Positions 1-8,762 of a stretch of DNA of 64,000 bases are shown piece by piece. The position numbers were made by a program, and so were the translations under genes. The notes below the pieces were generated by a model, which ran no database searches, had not been told where the DNA came from, and saw only the letters and a list, made by a program, of their open reading frames with translations. Source of the stretch: an uncultured Candidatus Bathyarchaeia archaeon (lineage in GTDB: Archaea > Thermoproteota > Bathyarchaeia > Bathyarchaeales > Bathyarchaeaceae). The stretch covers positions 97,035 to 161,034 of the forward strand of contig CAZKWF010000001.1 in the NCBI GenBank assembly GCA_964556565.1. The letters run 5' to 3'. Every line of letters begins with the position of its first letter. Position 1 is the stretch's first letter.

Positions 1-1148
1 ACAGCAGTTTCTATACCATCCAACCCTATAACCTCTTCCTGAATCTGCTTCATTCTATCCTTAAATCGCTTGTCTCTCAACAGTTTCTGAACAGCTTTAA
101 GAAGCGTCTGCTTGTCAAGATCATCCTGCTCAATCATTTCCACAATACCCAATTCAACAGCTCTCCTAGCATTGTTAAGCTGTTCAGTGTGACTAGGTGT
201 TGGTACAAGAATCATAGGCTTACCATAACAAATAGATTGTGCCAATGTTCCATGCCCAGCTCTAGCGACCACAAGATCACAAGCTTTTAGGTAGTCGAAA
301 CGGTTAGGCAACCATTCATAAACAATCACGTTTCCTCTGCAAATGGGCTCAGTTGAGGCGTTCGGATAGCCGAGTGACATGACAATTTGGTAATCGTCTG
401 GAAACTCTCTAAAAATCTGTCGGAGGATGCCTGTAAAATAGGCACGTTCTTTTACCGGTCCACTTATAGGAGCAAAAATAACTGGCTTGTCTTCACTTAA
501 ACCAAGCTTTTTCCGAATTCGTTTTTGACTAGGCAGCTTGCTAGGACGCACGGGTATTATAGGACCTATAAGTCTCACTCGCTTTTGATACGCGTTTGGA
601 ATTCGCAGATTTCCTGCTGAAAGGGTGTAGGGCTGAGGGTAGTCTGGAATTAGAACGCGTTTTCCAGATGTCCACATCTTCCCAATGATGGCTAACGTGC
701 CTGCATCTGCCAGTTTGGCAAGCCTTAAAAATCGTGTCCGCCGTGGAACGATTATCTGAAACTGATTGAGGATGCAGATGTCAGGTATCCCCAACAATCT
801 TGCGGCTATCAAAGGCGAAGCTCGCGAATCCGATACCACCACATCAGGCTTGAACGCCTTCATGACATTGATTTCAGCTTCGATTTGTTTCAGGAGTGTG
901 AATGATGATAAAAACGGTCCTATGTTGACTAGTGATTGCTTAAAATCCACGGTTCCATCCGGTTTGACAACGAATTCTATCGGCGGGATCTCTACTACCT
1001 GAAATCTTTCTTGCTGAGCGTACCGTGTGCCGTCTTTATAGGTGGAGAACAAAACTTGGGCTCCTCTCTCCTCCAGTTTCCTAGCTATGGGAAGGCAACG
1101 ACCCACATGGCCTAATCCTATTCCACACGGAGAGAACTGAACGCGCAT
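1..1148 (-). CDS. glycosyltransferase, GT-B fold (MurG/UGT/MJ1255-like); 3' end lies outside the window
   Basis: My own minus-strand translation from the ATG at 1148-1146 reads MRVQFSPCGIGLGHVGRCLPIARKLEERGAQVLFSTYKDG..., and later ...VVARAGHGTLAQSICYGKPMILVPTPSHTEQLNNA. It has an N-terminal Gly-rich loop and a C-terminal nucleotide-sugar binding motif. The frame stays open to the window edge, so it is absent from the ORF track. Confidence 0.7.
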   Translation of the reverse strand, partial: MRVQFSPCGIGLGHVGRCLPIARKLEERGAQVLFSTYKDGTRYAQQERFQVVEIPPIEFVVKPDGTVDFKQSLVNIGPFLSSFTLLKQIEAEINVMKAFKPDVVVSDSRASPLIAARLLGIPDICILNQFQIIVPRRTRFLRLAKLADAGTLAIIGKMWTSGKRVLIPDYPQPYTLSAGNLRIPNAYQKRVRLIGPIIPVRPSKLPSQKRIRKKLGLSEDKPVIFAPISGPVKERAYFTGILRQIFREFPDDYQIVMSLGYPNASTEPICRGNVIVYEWLPNRFDYLKACDLVVARAGHGTLAQSICYGKPMILVPTPSHTEQLNNARRAVELGIVEMIEQDDLDKQTLLKAVQKLLRDKRFKDRMKQIQEEVIGLDGIETA

Positions 1149-1264
1149 TGAAACTATTTCCTCTAGATTTCCTTCAGTTTTACGCTTCGGTATTTTCAAA
1201 TAAGTTTTATGATGCGTTCGCTATTAATACTATAGCATTTCAAGAATTCGAAGGTGAACATGCA

Positions 1265-2080
1265 ATGGATACAGAAGAGATTATGGGGTTAGCTCTGAAA
1301 CTTGCTGGATTAAAAGATGTTCCGGAAGACAGTGCCATATATGTGAGCGGTGACAACATTAGAAAGATCTTCTTCGGCATAGATGCTGGGGTTCCAGAAC
1401 TTTTGCTTGCGAAACAATTAGGCTATGATGCTGTGATTGCTCATCATCCGCAAGGCGGAACGGCAACCATAAATTTCCATCAGGTTTTCAAAAGGCACAT
1501 TCAGCAAATGGTTGTGGCTGGGGTTCCAATGGAAGAAGCGGTAGAAGCTGTTAAGAAGAGGCTTAAAGGATTGGAGGTTGAAGCGCATACACGAAACTAT
1601 GGGCACGCAGTTGATGCTGCAAGGCTGTTGAAAATACCCTACATGAACATACACACGCCTCTGGATGAAGTTGGAAGAAAGATAATGACTGAAAGAATTA
1701 ACAACAGAATCAGAAAAAATTCCACAGTGCAAGATGTGATTTCTGCTTTAGAAGAGCTTCCTGAATTCAAAAACGCAGTTACCGAAATCAAGATTCGATT
1801 GGGAAAAGCTGAAAACCCGGCTGGAAAAGTTGTGGTGTCGCACGGCGCCGGAACGAACGGCGGTTATGAAATTGCGAAAACATACTTCAAATACGGCGTC
1901 GGAACAGTCGTGTACATTCACATAAGACTTGGAGATTTGGAAAAACTGAAAGCTGAAGAAAGGGGGAACCTCATAGTCACTGGGCACATTGCAAGCGATT
2001 CTGTGGGAATAAATCCTTTGATTCATGAACTTGAAAAGAGAAATGTTTCCGTAATAAGAATTGGGATTGTTCCAAATTAA
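1265..2080 (+). CDS. NIF3/DUF34-like metal-binding protein
   Basis: The track ORF 1148..2080 starts at a TTG that overlaps the divergent gene start. The first ATG is at 1265 (MDTEEIMGLALK). GYDAVIAHHP and the C-terminal TGHIASD resemble the NIF3 HHP and GH..[ST][ED] metal-ligand motifs. Confidence 0.55.
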   Translation: MDTEEIMGLALKLAGLKDVPEDSAIYVSGDNIRKIFFGIDAGVPELLLAKQLGYDAVIAHHPQGGTATINFHQVFKRHIQQMVVAGVPMEEAVEAVKKRLKGLEVEAHTRNYGHAVDAARLLKIPYMNIHTPLDEVGRKIMTERINNRIRKNSTVQDVISALEELPEFKNAVTEIKIRLGKAENPAGKVVVSHGAGTNGGYEIAKTYFKYGVGTVVYIHIRLGDLEKLKAEERGNLIVTGHIASDSVGINPLIHELEKRNVSVIRIGIVPN

Positions 2081-2210
2081 AAGAGGAAATCGGCACATAT
2101 GTATGCATAATTCCTTGCTGCCAGAACCTGTCGGGTGCATGGTTATCCGCCACAATTAAGATTAAGCATATGGCATTTAATAACAGTGGAAAATTTGGAG
2201 AAGTTGCCTA

Positions 2211-3194
2211 TTGTCTGACGAGCGAAGAAGAACAAAGTATGACATTTACGCAGACATAATAGAAGTGATTGCAAGGAAGGGTGTATGCTCTTTAACTAGA
2301 GTTTCTTATGGGGCGAATATGCCTGTGGATAGATTGAAGAAAACGTTGAATTTTCTGGTTTCACATGGGGTCGTAAGAGAAATAACCGTAGGCGACCGCA
2401 AAAAATACAGAGCAACAAAATGGGGCCTAGAATATCTGGAAGCATTCAAGCGCATGCAGAAATTCTTCGCCGCGTTAGAAGAACCTGTAACAGTAAAGAT
2501 TCCAGAGGTCGTTCTTCCCGGTCGCGTTACTACAGGGTACAAAGACCTTGATAACATGTTGTTTGGCGGGATACCTGAAAACTACGCAGTCATATTGACC
2601 TCACCTTCATGCGATGAAAAAGACCTTCTAATTAAGAGATTTCTAAAAGCCGGAGCGAAAGAGGGGCAAATCACGTTTTACGTTACTACAGAGGCGGTGG
2701 GAGTGGGGGCTTTAGTAGAGGAGTTTCAATCAAACTTTTACGTTTTCATATGTAATCCTCAAGCGGACAAGATGATAAAAAGCCAACCTAATGTATTCAA
2801 ATTGAAGGGTGTGGAAAACCTTACTGACATTGGCATTGCTTTGGCCTCAGCGTTCCGCAGGTTAGACAACTCACTCAAAGTTCCAAGAAGGGCTTGCATA
2901 GAAATAATCTCTGATGTCTTGTTGCAACATCATGCGGTTCATACTAGAAGATGGTTGACTGGGCTCCTTCCTGATTTGAAATCAAGAGGTTTTACTTCTT
3001 TGGTAGTAATGAATCCGCACATGCACTCCCCACAAGAAGTTCAGGCGGTTTTAGGACTATTTGAAGGAGAGATCAATATCTTCGAGAAAGAGACAGAGAA
3101 AGGTTTAGAGAGATTCCTGAAAATCAGGAAAATGTATAATCAACGATATTTAGAGAGCAAAATGCCTCTGAGGAAGGAAAAATTGAAGACATGA
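2211..3194 (+). CDS. winged-helix (HTH_45-like) protein fused to a P-loop-less KaiC/RecA-like domain
   Basis: TTG start with GGAG about 12 nt upstream. The N-terminal ~90 aa look like an archaeal wHTH (DIYADIIEVIARKG..LTRVSYGANMPVDRLKKTLNFLVSHGVV). The C-terminal ~230 aa align to the KaiC-like ATPase at 7783..8541 (TTGYKDLDNMLFGGIPEN vs ATGISGLDELVGGGIPEG). At the Walker A position the sequence reads LTSPSCDEKD. Confidence 0.8.
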   Translation: MSDERRRTKYDIYADIIEVIARKGVCSLTRVSYGANMPVDRLKKTLNFLVSHGVVREITVGDRKKYRATKWGLEYLEAFKRMQKFFAALEEPVTVKIPEVVLPGRVTTGYKDLDNMLFGGIPENYAVILTSPSCDEKDLLIKRFLKAGAKEGQITFYVTTEAVGVGALVEEFQSNFYVFICNPQADKMIKSQPNVFKLKGVENLTDIGIALASAFRRLDNSLKVPRRACIEIISDVLLQHHAVHTRRWLTGLLPDLKSRGFTSLVVMNPHMHSPQEVQAVLGLFEGEINIFEKETEKGLERFLKIRKMYNQRYLESKMPLRKEKLKT

Positions 3195-3200
3195 AAGAAT
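2481..3200 (+). repeat. 720-bp direct repeat, copy A (3' part of 2211..3194)
   Basis: Aligns without indels to 6981..7700 at a constant 4500-nt offset. Identity is mosaic: 3005-3157 has a single mismatch, 2761-2820 has 3 mismatches, and 2641-2700 is strongly diverged. Confidence 0.9.
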
Positions 3201-3493
3201 AGAAGTGAGTGCTGAAAAGTCTAAACTACTGAGAATCTTGTTGTTGCATTAATGTATAGCATCTGTGAAGTCGTGTCAGAGTTCTTGTGAGTTATACATG
3301 AGGGTAGGCTTTCGGTTACGTCGGAATGAAGACAAAAAACCATGATTAGACAAGAGAGCAAATCAGTATTTTATGCACTCATGGATCAGTTTTTTAGGTC
3401 CTTATACATACAGACAGACAAAACTTATTAGATCACAAAATGTAATTCCTACGCAATGATTCTAGGTCCACGAAGAAGAAAGGAGGTGATAGA

Positions 3494-3622
3494 TTGGTAG
3501 CTCCTAATTGTCCAACGTGTGGGAAGCCAATGAAAAAGGAGAAACATGGTTATAAGTGTAAAACCGGGAATTGCGAAGACAAGTATATGTGCATTCCACA
3601 GAGCATTTTTGACATACGATAG
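3494..3622 (+). CDS. possible 42-aa zinc-ribbon protein (below the ORF-track cutoff)
   Basis: AGGAGGTGA at 3481-3489 lies 4 nt upstream of the TTG at 3494. Translation: LVAPNCPTCGKPMKKEKHGYKCKTGNCEDKYMCIPQSIFDIR, with a stop at 3620-3622. It contains CPxCG plus two or three further Cys. Confidence 0.3.
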   Translation: MVAPNCPTCGKPMKKEKHGYKCKTGNCEDKYMCIPQSIFDIR

Positions 3623-3770
3623 TGCACTAATACTTCGGAAGCTTCAAGTCCCCCATTGTCTTCGTCACTGTATAGATTCACCCAATGCATGCATGCAAGC
3701 GTCCTCATTGCATACATGCCTGCAAGATGAAGCGAGATAATAGACGTGCGCATGCCATGGAGAGAAAAAA

Positions 3771-6700
3771 ATGGAAGATGTTCTTAGCAAGGCTGGAGAA
3801 TTGGAGAAGGAGTACAATTGGGTAATGGCCACAGATCTCCATAAGCAGGCTTTGAGCAGACTTAGAAAAAGAGATTTTTGGAAAGCTGGTGAGGTCGGAG
3901 AGAGGATTGCCTACTGCCTCTGGCGGGCTGCGTTTCAAGCCGAGACTCAAAAAGATTTCTGGAGGCGCATGGAGGTGTCGGTGGAGGCCTATGAAGAGGC
4001 AGCCAAGTTATTTGAGAGGTCGAAAGATTCCGAGAGCCGTACTAGAACGAACTTTTGCAGAGCAATGGCCACATATAACAAATCTAGATTTGTTGGGGGT
4101 ACTGAAAGAAAAGCGTTGCTGGACGAAAGCTGGAAATTAGAGAAGGAAACTTTGAGGGCTTTCAAGGAGGCTGGAGACCGCCTAGGCCAAGGAAAACTAT
4201 GCAACGAACTCCTATACTGCCTATATGATAGGTCTCGAATCGAGTGGGATGGACAGCAGCTGAGCAAAATTGTGGAGGAAGCGGTGGGCTATGGTGAAAC
4301 CGCTATAGACGCTCTCTCTCAAGTCAGAGATGAAAAAGAACTTGCTAGAGCGTATTCCATGACAAGTCTCCACTGTTACTACGGTGCGAACATTAGTGAG
4401 TCGGAGGAGAAAAAGAAGGAGTTCAGTCAGAAATGCTTGGATTACGCGAAGAGTGCTTTAAAGCTCTCCAAGAAAGTCGGAGACAAATATCTCACTGGTT
4501 TGTCGAACTGGGCAGCGGCTCGAGCCCTCCTTTTCTCTGGTAACATGGCATCGTCACTAGAACATGCTCAGAAAATGTTGCAGCAAGGCATGACCATACA
4601 AGACAACTACGTGATCGGAGTGGCATACTATCGACTAGCTTCCACCACCAACTGGATGATGGCGGTAGAAGAAGATCCAGACAAGAAAAGGGAAGGATAC
4701 AACAAAGCCATTCAATATGCTAAAGACGCGATACGCCATCTGCGCATAGTCGCTGATGATTATCTTGTTGCTTCAACCCCTCTTGCTGCGAACTACTTCT
4801 TTCTGGCATTTGAAGTTGAGACGAACCAAGAAGAAAAGCGGATTTTCTTGGAGAGGGCCGTTGAAGCTGGGCGGAAAAGCCTAGAACACGCTGAGCGATC
4901 AGGTTCTCCAGAGGCCATTGGAGCCAACCTCCATGAATTGAGCAAAGCCTTGTACTCCCTTTCCAACGTGAAAACGAAAATCAGGGAGAAAAAAAAGCTG
5001 CTTGAGGAGGCGTCGAAGCACAGACAAGGTTACGCAAACATTGTAGAAAGGCTATATCCATCCAACTACTGGCTTCGCGGTGTAGGTCAAAACTATCAAG
5101 CTTTGATAAGAGCTGAGTTAGCTAAGACAGAGCCAAAGAAGAAAAAGAAAAGAGAGCTCTTAGAAGAAGCCGCCTCAAACATGGACAATTGCCTGAAATT
5201 AATCGAAAAATGGGCAGAACTATACCCGCAGACAAGAATTTTCGCCGTCCTTGGAGAGTACTATGACTGGTTTGGTAGCATCCTGAACCAGTTGTGCTCG
5301 CTGACTAAAGATGAAAAGGTCTTGAAAGAGGCTATTGAAGCTTATGAAAGGGCTGTCAGCATGTATAGTAAAGCTGAGCTACCAAGTCGCGTGGCTGAGG
5401 CTCACTGGAATACAGCTAAGCTGTATGATTACCTCGGTGAATATGCGAAGGCCTCAGAAAATTTCGAGTCAGCGGCTGACGCATACAAAATATCTGCACA
5501 GAAGATACAGCGGCTCAATGATTTCTATTCGGACTACGTCACTTACATGCAGGCTTGGAGTGAAATAGAGAAGGCAAAACTTGCTCACGAGAGAGAAAAA
5601 TACACTGGTTCAGAGGAACATTATGATAAAGCTGCCAGCTACCTCCAATCTTCGACACTATGGAATTATCTCGCTCCAAACTATTCAGCATGGGCTCTTT
5701 TAGAACATGGTGAATATCTGAGTAGACAAGAGAAAAATCAAGAGTCAACACAGGTTTTCCAACGAGCGGCTGAGATGTTTAGTGAAGCTAAGAAATCTTT
5801 TGAGACGGCTTGGAGCAAAATCGTGGATCCGTATGAGAAAGAGAAAGTAAACGAACTAAGTAGAGCTTGTAACGGGCGAAAAGAATACTGTATCGGTAGA
5901 GTTAGAGTTGAAGAAGCCAGAGTGTTTGACAGAGAAGGTGATTATGAATCAAGCGCTAAGAGATATGGATTAGCAGCCAAAGCATTTGAAAAAGTACTGG
6001 AAGGAATGGAAATTGAGTCTGACCAGAGAGAGTTGCAGTCTATATTCTACTTGTGCCAAGCATGGCAGAAAATGAAGCTAGCAGAAGAGAGACTTGACTC
6101 AACCCTTTATGCAGAAGCATCCCGGCTCTTCATGAAAGCCAAGGAAAGCAGCCTAAAGAAAAGAACTAGTCTCTTAGCAGCCGGTAACTCCTGCTTCTGT
6201 AAGGCTCTAGAATTGGGCGCTAGATTCAAGGACACTCGAAACATGAGGTTCTACTCCAAAACTAAACAGTACATGGAAAGTGCATTTGATTGTTACACAG
6301 AAGCAGGCTTTGAAAAAGAGTCATTTTGGATCAACGCTACTCAAGTCCTGTTTGATTCCTATGTTTACATGGACAAGGCGGAGACAGAGGTTAATCCAGA
6401 GAAGAAGATGAGGTTATATCTTCTGGCTGAAAGATTCTTGGACCGTTCAGCAAATTTCTTTGAGAAAGCGGGCTATCTAAGAAAGAGAAATGAAGTTCTG
6501 AGGAGCATAGAGAAGGTGAAACAAAAACGCGAATTCATGCTCTCTTTAAGAGAGGTTTTGTCGGCACCGTCTATCGCCTCCAGCACTAGTAGCATATCGG
6601 CGCCAGCCCCAACCCATGAAGAAGCAGTCGGTTTAGAGAGGTTTGAACAAGCTTACGTCCAGGCGAATCTCATCGTTTGTCCCAAAAAGGCCAATGTAGG

Positions 6701-7694
6701 CGAAGACTTTGGATTGGAGATAAAACTTGTTAACACAGGGAAAGAACCGGCCTTGCTAGCCAAAATTGAGGGAATCCTCCCTCCAGGCTTCGACCCAGTT
6801 GCAAAACCTGATTACTGTCGCTTCGAAGACGCATATGTTGATATGAAAGGAAAAAAACTTAACCCACTAAAAACCGAAGAAATCAAACTCGCCTTAAGAT
6901 CGTTTGACAAAGGCACATTTGCGATAAAGCCGAGAATTGTTTATGTAGATGAAACTGGGCGTGAGATGTTTTGCGAGCCTGAACCTGTAACAATTAATGT
7001 TTCAGAAATCATTCTTCCTAATCGCGTCACTACAGGACATGGAAATCTTGACAATTTGCTTTTTGGTGGGATACCTGAAAACTATGCAGTTATATTGACC
7101 TCTCCTTCATGTGATGAAAGAGACCTGATGATTAAGACATTTCTCGAGACAGGGGCAAAGCGCGGCGAAGTCACATTTCATGTCACCATTGACGCAAGCG
7201 GCGTAAGGTCCCTCGCAGAAGATTTCCAGTCAAACTTCTACCTCTTTATCTGTAATCCTCAAGCAGACAAGATGATAAAAAGCCAACCTAATGTATTCAA
7301 ATTGAAGGGGGTAGAAAACCTTACTGACATCAGTATCGCCTTGACCTCAGCTTTTCGTAAATTGAACGAGTCACTGAGTGGTCCAAGAAGAGCTTGCATT
7401 GAAATAATCTCAGACATCTTGTTGCAGCATCACGCTGTTACTGCCAGGAGATGGCTAACAGGACTTATCCCAGAATTGAGGTCAAAAGGGTTCACCACTC
7501 TGACAGTAATGAATCCGCACATGCACTCCCCACAAGAAGTTCAGGCGGTTTTAGGACTATTTGAAGGAGAGATCAATATCTTCGAGAAAGAGACAGAGAA
7601 AGGTTTAGAGAGATTCCTGAAGATCAGGAAAATGTATAATCAACGATATTTAGAGAGTGAATTGCCTCTGAGAAAAGAAAGATTGGAAACATGA
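3771..7694 (+). CDS. 1307-aa TPR-like solenoid + beta-sandwich + P-loop-less KaiC/RecA-like domain protein
   Basis: ATG with GGAGAG 9 nt upstream. About 950 aa are helical and TPR-like (for example AEAHWNTAKLYDYLGEYAKASENFESAADAYK). A Ser-rich linker is followed by a CARDB/NEW3-like beta-sandwich (ANVGEDFGLEIKLVNTGKEPALLAKIEGILPPGF). The C-terminal ~230 aa are about 80 percent identical to the C-terminus of 2211..3194, and the P-loop position reads LTSPSCDERD. Confidence 0.85.
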   Translation: MEDVLSKAGELEKEYNWVMATDLHKQALSRLRKRDFWKAGEVGERIAYCLWRAAFQAETQKDFWRRMEVSVEAYEEAAKLFERSKDSESRTRTNFCRAMATYNKSRFVGGTERKALLDESWKLEKETLRAFKEAGDRLGQGKLCNELLYCLYDRSRIEWDGQQLSKIVEEAVGYGETAIDALSQVRDEKELARAYSMTSLHCYYGANISESEEKKKEFSQKCLDYAKSALKLSKKVGDKYLTGLSNWAAARALLFSGNMASSLEHAQKMLQQGMTIQDNYVIGVAYYRLASTTNWMMAVEEDPDKKREGYNKAIQYAKDAIRHLRIVADDYLVASTPLAANYFFLAFEVETNQEEKRIFLERAVEAGRKSLEHAERSGSPEAIGANLHELSKALYSLSNVKTKIREKKKLLEEASKHRQGYANIVERLYPSNYWLRGVGQNYQALIRAELAKTEPKKKKKRELLEEAASNMDNCLKLIEKWAELYPQTRIFAVLGEYYDWFGSILNQLCSLTKDEKVLKEAIEAYERAVSMYSKAELPSRVAEAHWNTAKLYDYLGEYAKASENFESAADAYKISAQKIQRLNDFYSDYVTYMQAWSEIEKAKLAHEREKYTGSEEHYDKAASYLQSSTLWNYLAPNYSAWALLEHGEYLSRQEKNQESTQVFQRAAEMFSEAKKSFETAWSKIVDPYEKEKVNELSRACNGRKEYCIGRVRVEEARVFDREGDYESSAKRYGLAAKAFEKVLEGMEIESDQRELQSIFYLCQAWQKMKLAEERLDSTLYAEASRLFMKAKESSLKKRTSLLAAGNSCFCKALELGARFKDTRNMRFYSKTKQYMESAFDCYTEAGFEKESFWINATQVLFDSYVYMDKAETEVNPEKKMRLYLLAERFLDRSANFFEKAGYLRKRNEVLRSIEKVKQKREFMLSLREVLSAPSIASSTSSISAPAPTHEEAVGLERFEQAYVQANLIVCPKKANVGEDFGLEIKLVNTGKEPALLAKIEGILPPGFDPVAKPDYCRFEDAYVDMKGKKLNPLKTEEIKLALRSFDKGTFAIKPRIVYVDETGREMFCEPEPVTINVSEIILPNRVTTGHGNLDNLLFGGIPENYAVILTSPSCDERDLMIKTFLETGAKRGEVTFHVTIDASGVRSLAEDFQSNFYLFICNPQADKMIKSQPNVFKLKGVENLTDISIALTSAFRKLNESLSGPRRACIEIISDILLQHHAVTARRWLTGLIPELRSKGFTTLTVMNPHMHSPQEVQAVLGLFEGEINIFEKETEKGLERFLKIRKMYNQRYLESELPLRKERLET

Positions 7695-7700
7695 AAGAAG
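6981..7700 (+). repeat. 720-bp direct repeat, copy B (3' part of 3771..7694)
   Basis: See copy A. The offset is exactly 4500 nt, and 7505-7657 is near-identical to 3005-3157. Confidence 0.9.
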
Positions 7701-7782
7701 GAGGCAGTCAGAGCGCAAGCTTTAGGATTCGTTGTACCTTAACAGACAGTACGTGTAAGGATATGTTGGAGTTTTTGTGGTT

Positions 7783-8541
7783 CTACTTTTCCCCAAATAG
7801 CGGCATGTTAGGAAAGATTTCAATGCCATTCTGATCTATTGAATATGGCACAAGGCTTGGGTTGACTTTTGCTTCTCTCATTTTTTCGACCTGTATCGCT
7901 CTCGTTGTAGTTCCACCTGAAAACAGAGTTTGCATCATGATAACCCCGTGAACTAGGAATTCTTCTTCCACAGCGTTACGTTCAAGACCCAAGTACCCGA
8001 GTTCAGTGGTCACAAGACTGGTAACTCCCAAGTCCGCGAGCGATTCAATCAAATCCACAATTGCGGTTCTTCGTTCTATAGGATCTGGAAATCTGTAGGT
8101 AAGTGCCGCTAAAGTGTCAACTACAACCCTTTTCGCTTTGGTGCGTTGGATTTGCGCTTGCAAATCTTCAACTAATTTATCGATAGATAGTTGTTTACCT
8201 CGTAAGCTGCGAGTCTCTTCTTTGTAGAGTTTCTCTTTCAGCATGGATACTCTTGACATTCGCGTTGCGTTTACGAAAGCAAATTTTCCCCCCTCTTCCA
8301 GTTTGCGAAAATCCCACCCGAATTTCTGCATTTCCGAGTAGAAGTGATCTTTACTCTCGTCTAGACTGACGAAAACTCCATTTTCTTGTTTTTCATGGAT
8401 TCCCTTATACAGGAATTGGCTGCACAAAATGGTTTTTCCAGCGCCTGGGCCCCCGATGACCAAAATGACCCTTCCTTCAGGAATGCCACCGCCAACCAGT
8501 TCATCTAAGCCGCTAATCCCAGTAGCAATCTTTTTTGACAT
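7783..8541 (-). CDS. single-domain KaiC/RecA-superfamily ATPase (COG0467-like)
   Basis: MSKKIATGISGLDELVGGGIPEGRVILVIGGPGAGKT has an intact Walker A. RVVVDTL is Walker B-like. The 252-aa length is typical of archaeal one-domain KaiC-like proteins. GGAG lies upstream of the ATG. Confidence 0.85.
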   Translation of the reverse strand: MSKKIATGISGLDELVGGGIPEGRVILVIGGPGAGKTILCSQFLYKGIHEKQENGVFVSLDESKDHFYSEMQKFGWDFRKLEEGGKFAFVNATRMSRVSMLKEKLYKEETRSLRGKQLSIDKLVEDLQAQIQRTKAKRVVVDTLAALTYRFPDPIERRTAIVDLIESLADLGVTSLVTTELGYLGLERNAVEEEFLVHGVIMMQTLFSGGTTTRAIQVEKMREAKVNPSLVPYSIDQNGIEIFPNMPLFGEK

Positions 8542-8580
8542 TTCTATTTCTCCTAGTGACTTTAGATAATCTTTAGTGAA

Positions 8581-8588
8581 TATTTATA
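8581..8588 (-). promoter_or_regulatory. TATA-like box (TATAAATA on the minus strand) for the KaiC-like gene, preceded by ATGCAT
   Basis: The minus strand reads gaatATGCATaaggTATAAATAttcac about 44 nt upstream of the ATG at 8541. This spacing fits an archaeal TATA plus a short SD-containing leader. Confidence 0.3.
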
Positions 8589-8762
8589 CCTTATGCATAT
8601 TCAGCACTAACATCCGTAGGTTTTGAACAGACATTTCTAGAGCGGCAAAACAGTCCGCATATCTGGAGGAACACTCATAATATAGTAACAAATTGTGACT
8701 ACAAGACGTGAGTTCCCCTTTTATGTCTCGGAATTACAGCTTACTATGTCGGAGGACTAACA

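Noticed and set aside
766-1002. 78-aa plus-strand ORF in the first kilobase
   Set aside because: It lies entirely inside the minus-strand glycosyltransferase reading frame, which is open to the window edge and has clear family motifs.
3546-3950. Several 64-81-aa ORFs in and around the gap upstream of the TPR gene
   Set aside because: They overlap each other, with poor start contexts and Cys/His/Leu-rich junk-like sequences. The region is better explained as promoter or regulatory DNA carrying ATGCAT-type motifs.
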